DNA from: Tubiluchus corallicola
Lineage: Eukaryota > Animalia > Priapulida
Assembly (NCBI GenBank): GCA_030141605.1
Contig: JAQGDQ010000019.1
Coordinates: forward strand, 682,001 to 746,000
Reading direction: 5' to 3'
DNA length: 64,000 nucleotides
The translations under genes and the position numbers were made by a program. Positions 54,064-64,000 of the stretch are shown here, piece by piece (position 1 is the stretch's first letter; every line of letters starts with the position of its first letter). The notes beneath the pieces are model-generated. The model made no database searches. It was not told where the DNA came from and worked only from the letters and a program-made list of their open reading frames with translations.

Positions 54064-57000
54064 AATCGTGGTGTACTGTGTAAAACATTTTCTTGAACTA
54101 AACTAGTTTTAAACAGTGAATCAGCTTCCTGAGTACATTTACTGAGACATCATTTCAACACTGGTGTGACTTTGTGTACTATTGCCCAAGTCTGCAATAA
54201 TAATAGCTCTCTTGCTGGCAGTTACGGCTTCTCTAAGTATCATTATCTAGAATCTAGAAATAATCGACCGCGCTTGTCATACTCTGAATTGTGAGAGAAA
54301 ATGATTCAGGCTGCAACTGTCATTGTGCAAATCACATGTGAAAATAAAGACACACGTTTTATATTATATTTCTAAACTAGTTTCTGCGTAAGAAATCAGT
54401 AATGGCGACGCTGACGTCACATTTCTCCAGTGACTTATATTTTTAAAAAATGAGATATGTGTAACAAAAACGCTGGTTTAAACTACGTGAATGTTTAATT
54501 TACAGATTATAAATTAATGACGGACCAAACAAATGAAGGATACACAATTGAAGGGAATGAATAGAAATATAAAAAGGTAGGAACTGGATTAGGAATTGAC
54601 CGAAGCAGGAATTTTTACACTACAATCACAACATCATAATCACGAGAATATTTCACGCATGGTGATGGATTCAATATCAAGTTTTGACATATTTTTTCCT
54701 CTCTTTCAGTTTTAAGTTTCTGTTATTTTCTGTCTTTTGTGTGTTCATTCTCTGATCTAATTTATTTTTGCCTATTACGGCAAAACTATTTGTAGGACTG
54801 AAAATCGGTATAAAAAATTATGCTCTCATAGCTGATGTATTTGTCCATCCGATGCATTAGACACTTTTCAATCTAGCAACGAAAATGTTTTTAATAAGTT
54901 GCCTCTATTAACACTTTCTGAAATGTCATTTGCCATTGTCAGTGCGACTTTAAACAGACAACTATGCTAAAGCGTGTCTAGATTAGTTGATTTAAATAAC
55001 AGAAATGACATGCACAATAATAAGTCTTTTGATTCTGCTGACATTGAAGTAACTTCCGTCCCAACAGCGCGGACATTCTTTCCTGCTCTGTTCGGGAAGT
55101 GATATCATTGTAATATGCTTAGGTTTTATTAGCAGCATTTTTTACAAGAAACCTGGGAATGAGCTGCACAAAAGCTCATAAATGGGAGTACAGCAAGTAG
55201 GGCCTATAACTGATGCTGATATTTCTAATACCGTTGGCGACTTGCTCCCTACATCTCTTCAACTGGACTTACACCATTCCCCACAGGATCAGCCCTCTTC
55301 TTCCCTGGTCGAGGAAGTCAGTGTACTACATTACCTGCACAAAGGGGCATTGCGTGTCAAAAAATATAACAGTAATGTGATTTTTATTAAATATGACTTA
55401 GTTCGGCTTTACTTACACGTATATAGTCCTAAAAACATTACAATGAATTATAATGTAGTGCCGCTATACCAGCTGTAATTCAATTGCGAATAACTCTGAT
55501 ACCAATTGTCCGGCTAATAATCAAAATTTTGAAGCCTTAAAAGCCATGTAATCGTTACAGCTTGTATTAAACGTTGCCCTCTTAGAAAGTGTATGTTGCA
55601 AAATTGCTTGCACTACCAAAAGAGCTATATACTGCACTAACTTGGCTCTTAGCTTTAGAGATGTTTGATAGTATTGCCCTTAACGGAAAAATTAAGGGTT
55701 AACCAACTTTCAGTGCATTATTATACAACAAAAACATTGAAATTACCGCACACCACACTATAAAAACTCTTGGTTAAGTATAACTACTCTTACCTCCTGA
55801 CAAAGAACTGGCTGCGGATATATTTGGCAATTACGACGTGACTGGCAAACACGAAAATCATGCTTCGCTACAGCTGTCGAGCTTCTGCGGCTGTTGACTC
55901 AGAAATATCACAAAATTAATCTAACTAGAGGCATATATGTTTTGCTAAGATTTGTTGAATTGACAGTGCGCTGCTTTTCTTCTACTGGCCACACGACGAC
56001 ATTACTTGATGAAAATCGGAGCACCCCGAAGTGAAATGATCGCGATATCAAAGTAATTTTACTAACTTTACAAAGTAAAATTACTGAAATGCTTTCTAAT
56101 ACTTTTCGATCATTAAAGTAAATCCAATATCCAGGCAATCTTAATTTTTTCTGTTAATGCTTACATTTTCAGTGGAGGAAGTACTGCTAATTTACAATAA
56201 GGTGTGTGACCGTTAGGTCTATAAAAATTGTTTGTTACACTTTAGTAAAATCGAGGTGCAAATATTCCTGCAGCTACTTTTAATAAGGTTCAGCACTCTG
56301 TAACCTGGATACAGAAACCAACAGGATGGTCTTCTTAATAAAGTAGAAGATTGTAATATGGAGGAAACCGCTGTACAGTTAAAGGACCAAAAGCAAAAAC
56401 GTGAAATTTCCACTCAAATGACAATCCTGCGGTTGCTGATTTGTGTTGCTTCAAGCTTTATTGTCTTCAGAAAAAGACATTTTGCTTTCCGAGAGTTAAC
56501 GATTCCAGGTTTTACGAGTCGCGTTCAAGCACAAATCATTAGAATTTAATCGATTTGTGCTCAAGCACTGAAAGCTTATACTTGTCGCTCCAATGTAACT
56601 AAAGCTGAGTTTTTTCTGAAGAATAATGTTTGCCTTTAAATACCGTCAGGCAACCGTGACTTCTAAAAGCTCTCAGTGAAACCAATCATCGCTTTACAAG
56701 TAACAGCTAGTCAATGATATTACACACCTTTTACGTTGCTTCTAAAACTCAGTGGAAATTAAATCAACAACAAAATTACCTTTACCTGAATCTGCAAATG
56801 GATGATTTGCCTTTACCGTCAGATATTCTCATAACAAGTCTATATTATATATGTTCGCCTAAGCCTGTCTCTCTAAATAAAGAGTATTTTGGTTATTTGT
56901 TAAATCGGAGCTGTATCGCTTCACAATTACTTCACAGGAATCACTAAGTCTCAATTAGCCTACGAAACTCGTTTATTCACTTTTCTAGAATACAAGTAAG

Positions 57001-60000
57001 ACAGACTTTGTAACTTCCAATACATAGATTTTAAAAATCACTACACATTACAATACAATACAACAAAGTAAAAAGAGGAGCAAAACAAAACAAAAAGATC
57101 AAAAAATAAAAAAGTAAAACGACGCAAAGCAACACGACACAACAGACAAAAGTAACAAAACAAAATAAAGCCCCTAAATGTAATAACTAAATTAGGAGTA
57201 GAATTTCAAAAGTAAATGTAACTCATTAACAGTTTGTCGAAATAAAATCGATAGTTTTGTTTTCAAAACCGGTTTTGCACAGCTTAGGTTGGCGTCCTGC
57301 GTTTTAACACAAAACACACAATACACTGACTAATGCCTGTTACTATGTCTATAAGCAGTAATTTACACTACTTTTGTAGCTTTACTGCAAAAGTGACCTG
57401 CGATTTTCAACAGAGCAATTATTATATAAGGTCAACAATCTAACATTCTTTAATTTCCATTATTCATAGGAACCTTTGTGTTAAAGGAAGCAGTCATCAG
57501 CAGCTACCATGCCTTGTCAGATTTAGGGGCTTAACTGGACCCTCCACATCACGCCCCAATAGCCAAGACGATAGCTGGCTATTGGGCGCCATGTGAAGAG
57601 TCCATTTAAGCCCGAAATCTGGCAAAACATGGTACATGCAATAATCACAACAGCAGCAGCATGCTATTTTGGCTTGTATTATATTTGCAAATTGTTGTTG
57701 CAAAGTGATTAGTAACAGTTACTGGTAACTGATTATTATCATTATAATTACGTTTTATCTGTGCTATAACAAAAATTATAAAATAAAAATGGGAAAAGGT
57801 GTCAGTGATAAATAAACAATAAAATCAAATAGGCTAAAACAGCCTCGTATATAATTCCAGTTCTAGCTACTCAATGTCATAGTTCTCTAAGTAATAATTT
57901 TATCCAGCAAATGTCACCCTAGTTCTATCTCTCAGAGGATTTGAAGTCGATTATAATGCCAATGCACATTGGCACCTAATGTATGGGATGACACAAGGGG
58001 TCGCAATTCCCTTTTCAGAAACTAGTTACCAAATTGACAAGCGTTGAAACTGAAGAAATGAAGCAACTAGAGCATGCATGACTATTTTGTGAAATAACAC
58101 ACTTTCCCTATTTAAACAAAAAAAATGCACACGCACACATGTAGGATACAGCTTCCATTAGTCCAACAGTTACTTGTCTGTATATAAGGCAAAAACGTGG
58201 TGACTATGGAGCGAATCAAACACAAGAAGTGTCACAGTCTAACACCACCTTTAAAAATAGGAAAATTGAAAGCATATACCGATACAACAAAGGTAGGCTT
58301 ATGCAATGTCATTGTACTTTTTCAAGCATAATTTTGCATTTTTGGGTAGGGACTACGGTGACGAATTAAGCGCCTGTTAATGCAGCGTATCTATGCGCCA
58401 CGGTAATTTTGAGTGCAAAGCGGTTGATTGGACTAAAAAATGCTAAAATCCAAAGTAACTGCAAATGCCACGCAAATTTACTAAATAATAATGAACTTAC
58501 AATAGCTAATCCAGGCTTCCTTCACTACAGCTTCTTAAGTATGGAGCACATTACACCATGCAGACGCTCTTCTCCACGTGCAGCTGTCTGTGCTGGCTTC
58601 ATTTGTCATCTAAACCGTAACCAACAGCCTTGAAGGGACCCGACAGGGCTTCCTTGCTTACAGTGATGACTTAAAAATAGACCAAGCTTTGTTTTGTGCG
58701 CAAACGTTTGTCAGCTAATTTGAGCTTTACCATGTCCTCACAAGACATCAAAAAATGGCACAGATCAGGGTGTTATACAGACTCGTTATCCATAATAATT
58801 TATTTACTTGAATTATCTTATGTAGTGATGTAATTCGTGTAATGATGACACCCGTAAACGTATTTATATTGACAACGAAAACGGGAAAGGTATTAATAGC
58901 AAAACGGTGACAACCATGACGACGACGTCGCCATGTTGCCATTACTAGTGTTCCATAAACTGAAACTGTGAAGACTCTATAAAGTGCGTCAAGAAGAATG
59001 TGACCGGAACAGTAAAAGCATTTGCAGTGCAACTGGAACCGTAAGATAAGTAATGGGAATGCTCTGTACAGGAATGATTATAGATGTGATCTCATGTAAA
59101 TTGTTTAGTGAATTTGAACCATTTTAGGATTTGCCGACTCATACCTGATACACAAAAACTAAAGACTCCATTGATATCAGCTCTCTTGCTTACATGGAAT
59201 TGCTACTCAGTTTTAGCACAGGTTTTGTCGTTTGTGACCTTCGAGTGACTTTTAACATGGTCACCATTTTCATTTCATGCAGCAAGCCTACCTACTTACA
59301 TTGATGACTAATCTTAGAATTTTATAAAAATTGACCGCTGCCTCGTGATTTCACCAGAGCCACTTTTTGAAAAGAAATTTCTCCAACTCTCCACACATGT
59401 AAAAAAGTGAAATCTAGCTCGTCTCTCAAAGAAGAGTTCGGTAATATTCGTAAAACTTGACGATGCGTAATACTTACGATCTGCAGGATCAAGGCGAGCC
59501 ACACTGTGATGCTGCTACACCAAAATTTTGGAAAAATTCGTAACATTTTGTACTCGTTGGTTCAGCTACTGTCTTAGAACTTAGCCACTCCCGGATTTTT
59601 GAGAAATAGTTAACGCATATCTACGATCTCACAACCATAAGTGCCAGAATCGAAAATTATCAATAATTGAAATCGAGAAATGGGAGTGATATGCATTGAT
59701 CGTGACTGACTGACCTAACACTTAACTATTGTTGTTATTTTATTTTGTGTAACGTAGGGTGTGGATATATAATATATAAAATATATTTTTAAAAAATCAC
59801 AACTTAACTAAAATTTGAAAAGGATTGCAAAATGGTTACTCCATTTTTATATATTGACAAAGAAACTTGATGCACAACTACCTCCTTTACTTTTCTACCA
59901 AGATTAGAGCCATGCTCAAAGTCTTAAGGGAATATTATTCATAAAACTGATTCACGAAGAGTAACTTTGACCCTTTGACCCGTCACCTGTCACCATTCAA

Positions 60001-60679
60001 CTGTTATAGACACCGCCGCAGGTGTCTTTACTGTTAGTTTCATGCATTGGGACTGGAATTTTTTAAAATAAAACAAAATCTTAGACATATAAGACAACAA
60101 AAATAACAGAAATAGCAGTAAACAACAGCAGCAATGTTCACGGACAACAAAAATAACAATAGTTTCAATGCGCACGGATACAATTCAACATGGCTGGATG
60201 CATAAAGTTTGAGGTAAATACAGGAACTACACTTGTCGGGTTTCGCAGAAAGTTGTCCCCTTTACAATAACCTGAGAACAGGAATCGTGAAATCGTGAGG
60301 ATCGTTGAGTTGTTGAGGATAATAATTGTTTGCTAGTAATCTGGCTAGCCATGCATGTGCAAAATGACTATATTCTTCTTCCGCCGTTCAAAGGTGAAAC
60401 CTCAAATGATGTTGACAAAATACAATTTTAACTTGATAATGTTATTTGACCCACATTTATTATCTGATTCCTGTTTGAGTCGTGCGTAAAAATAATTATA
60501 GCAATTATTATACACTTTTCTATTTAAAGGAGGACTGTAACCACGTAAAATGGTTCAGTTGCAACAATAGTGAGTTTATGTAAAATATCTAGACGAAAGA
60601 TCTGAGGTTACAGAGTTTAATATTTTGTTGCACTCTTCAAATTAAGACACCATGAAAGGTACGTTTTATTCTATTCTTA

Positions 60680-62170
60680 AATAATAAAACAAATGACATA
60701 CGCGATTTTAAAAATAAACAATATTGCAAAAATATTGCAAAAATATTGCAAAAATACAAAAAATACAACAAAAATAAACAATAAGAAAAAAACATAGAAT
60801 AAGATATATTTATTTATTAGTGCCAAAACAGATGCAAAACAAGAAACAAGACGGGTATACAATTTCAATAATGAAATAAGTCAACACTACAAACAAACAA
60901 TTATTAAACAACAAATAATTATAAGATCACTCCTGTTAATTAGTTTAGTCATTGAAATGAAACCTTTAGTAATTAGTATTTAAAATAAATTATGTCACTC
61001 ATCTGGCCTCGTTTTCAATGATGTGATCATTCCGCAGTATTTTGTTCATCATGTTTCAAAACACTTTCAGCATCATCAATAAATGCCTTGAATATTCCTA
61101 AATCACTACTTGCCATCAAGAATAAGAATTTATCATCGTCGCTCATAAGAAATAGGTCTAGTATAATTGCATTGATGTGATTATACAATTTTCGGCTAAC
61201 ATCATTGTAATATTGAAGATTTTATAACAAAGTGTATTTCGTCTTCGATTTCATTCCTTGAACAGTACGAACATATACGATTCTGAGGCTGGAAATTTTT
61301 AGGTTTTAACATATCTCTTTCAACTTACAAAGTACACGGCTGATTCTCAGTTTTGTAAGTTTTGTTATGGCCTATTCTAAACATGCTCATAGCCATAGGC
61401 ACGTAACATATACTTAACGAAAGTAGTCCAGCAAAAATAGTAGTCTACCTAAGGCTCGTAAGCTTGGCATACGTAACTATTAAAAAGTTTGTTAATAACA
61501 TGTGTCCAATAGCGAGTTGTATCCTTAATTATTTTAATAAAAACGGAAAAACGGCCCAATTCTACCCTAATCGCATATTTACTTGACATCTAGATAAAAT
61601 CTGCATAATTTAACATTGACTTCTTCGCTAGTCACACTGTCAAATTTAGTTTGAATATGTGGGGAACTGGTTGTAATTTTAATAAAGTTAGGTTCCCATA
61701 CTTCAGTGCCATATAACGTGATGAGCTCTGCCGTATATTCGAATAATTTAATCTATTAGTAAATATGTTTTCGCAGGTTGAAATGTAGTTTGCCTGAAGG
61801 CGCCAGACAAAAAAAATCGACCCCTAAGTATTTATAAGATCGGTGGACTATTTTCAGCTTGTTGGATCCATAAGTAAAGTTTAGGTCTAATAGAATTCTA
61901 CCTGCATTGTAAAAAACAACAATTTTTGTCTTTTTGGTATTAACTTCCAGAGTCCATTCGCTACAATAATTATTTAGCTTATTAAGACATTGCTGGAATC
62001 CCAACTAGAAACAAAACAACAAAACCATATCGTCGGCATAGAGAAGACAAATGGTTTCAAAATTGCCTTGACTTACGGGATCGTATTTATTAGATATAAA
62101 AACTCATGGCAAATCATTGTTTTATAAGGAGAAGAGAGCCAGACTTAAAGCACAACCTTGCTTAACAGTT
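60680..62170 (-). mobile_element. Decayed, 5'-truncated LINE (reverse transcriptase domain through C-terminal Zn-finger region and 3' UTR)
   Basis: Minus-strand fragments VKQGCALSLALFSL (about 62165), CLLYADDMV (about 62035), LNNYCSEWTLEVNTKKTKIVVF..YKYLGVDF, AIRVELGRF (about 61560), RICSYCSRNEIEDEIHF (about 61250); many frameshifts; aaaatattgc tandem repeats at 60717-60755. Confidence 0.88.
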
Positions 62171-63420
62171 AATACCAAAGGAGGACGATATATCTTCTTT
62201 TAATCCACCAGCAAGTTTAATGGACCCAATCCTAAGCTGTATGTCAAAACAATCTGCTTTTTGAAATATTGAAAGGCGTGCTATTTTTTCAAGAATGACT
62301 TACGTGAAAGAATTATTACCACACGCAGTTTCGTGTTCCCGCAGCTAGTTCTTCGCTGTTATATGCATTTCGCCACTCCTTAGTTAGATGGGCATTAGCG
62401 CCTGCACTTCGGTAACGCGTATGAAAAATAGGTGCTATACCTCTCAGTTCAGAGCTGTTCGTTAGTGACGTAATACACACGTTCGAGAGTTCGCTGAGCA
62501 CAGCTGTAAATTTACAATTTCAATTTTTCTCTAAAAATTTGTCGAATTTTTGCATATTACACTGAATGTTGTACAGTAGCACTGTGCTTCAATGTTCGCT
62601 TGTGCAACACGCTCGTGGAATGTTTGACCTGTTGAAAATTGTGTTCGTTTGTGACGTTATCACCAGCTGGCTTGCCTGCCGTTAATTTAGTTTTTAACCT
62701 ATTATTTAATTTTCATAAACGCTTTGACATTATTATATGTGTTAAAATGTATACATTTGACCGAACTTCAAAATGAGGTAGGATATGAAAAATCGCCTTG
62801 TTTTGCTTTAAGAAAATAACCACCTATATTATTTTTCAGCAATTTATAATACAAGTCAGTTCGCCAGATGAAATATCAAAGGCTTTGCGTAAATCTACGA
62901 AACAACAATTATTTTTTTCATTTAATTAAAAATATGTCAATAAGTGTTTTAATGCAAACAAATGGTACGGCGGCTTTTTTAAAAATCCTATTTGCCTTTC
63001 ATGAAAAATTTTGTTACAATTAGAAAAACATTTTTTCTAACCTATTATTTAGAATTTTCGCGAATAATTTGGAATGGCGATTCCTCTGTAATTATTTGGG
63101 TCTGTTGCATTTCCGCTTTGGAATACTGAGACTATGTCGTTTTTTTTCATTCGCTACGACCCAAGAACCAGAAAAAATTACGAAGACAATAACCAGAAAT
63201 TGGCTTGATCCTTTGAGTATTTCGTTTATTAAGCCGTTGGTGATGGCAGTTTTTTAACTGTTAAATGACTATCAGGATTTCCGTAGCAGTTATTCTATAA
63301 TCTAGCTGCAAAAAACAATTGTAATTTCCTTCAAAGTGTTCGGACAGATTTCTGGATTTTGCCGAATGACTGTCATTGCTAATACAGTAAACTTCGAAAA
63401 TGTTCTACTCATACTATTTT

Positions 63421-63771
63421 CAGGGTCGCAGGAGCCACAGGGGCAGAGGGACAGCGGCCCCTTGCTCTTGGGCTGCAGTGCGGGAGCAGAATAAAATCAA
63501 TATATGTGTAAAAATGTGTTTGTGCTTCATTTGTCAGACTGCCATTTTAGCTGGCATTGTCAAAATTGAGCTCTACATGAAAACGTGCATCTATTATTCA
63601 TTTTAAAAGGAATATGTGAGAGGCAAAATACATTTGAAGTGTCTTTATATTATATATACCCTTATACAGAAGTAATATCGTCATTAGCGTAGCCACAGAA
63701 ATATGGGTAAACAAAATATGCCCTTTTCATAAATGCGGTCCCGCCCCTGTAATTTGCTGCCGGCGCCCCTG
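63421..63771. mobile_element. hAT-like MITE
   Basis: Left cagggtcgcaggagc, right gctgccggcgcccctg (rc caggggcgccggcagc); GC-rich subterminal motifs; TSD not visible. Confidence 0.55.
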
Positions 63772-64000
63772 ATTACTGCATCATTGGTTCAATATCATCG
63801 CCTCTATTTAAGGCCTTTTCTGAGTTCGATTATTTTCAGGTATTTAACTGGATTTCAAAAGGCCTTGGAAATTTTTGTTTCCAGTTCAGTTTGTTGTTTC
63901 ATAATGCCTTTGATCCCTGTGTTTTTTTTCTTATAGTATTTTTATAGGATCGTCTTATAGTATTTTTGTTCTTTAAAGTACAACTCTCGTAAGATTCTAT

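Overview
AT-rich eukaryotic (invertebrate-animal-like) genomic DNA with spliceosomal introns, microsatellites and decayed transposons; nothing prokaryotic, no CRISPR. Two genes face each other tail to tail. (1) Minus strand: a complete Na+/Ca2+ exchanger (NCX/SLC8A/Calx family). Its 7 coding exons run from 51832 to 17753, all junctions are GT-AG and phase-compatible, and the CDS is 2757 nt (918 aa). It has the typical ~1.8-kb first coding exon followed by a 26.4-kb intron. (2) Plus strand, not assembled by the ORF track: a three-coding-exon gene (9238-9279, 12127-12235, 13582-13733) encoding a 100-aa prepropeptide. It consists of a signal peptide, an anionic propiece, an RxxR site and a 40-aa Arg/Trp-rich peptide with 4 Cys (net about +9). 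It looks like a beta-hairpin antimicrobial or toxin-like peptide precursor that I do not recognise, and it is the main discovery candidate. The remainder holds two decayed LINE fragments, a tRNA-derived SINE family, hAT- and Kolobok-like MITEs, a ~21-bp minisatellite and simple repeats. All gene models were assembled by hand; no database search or expression data were available, so novelty is unverified.
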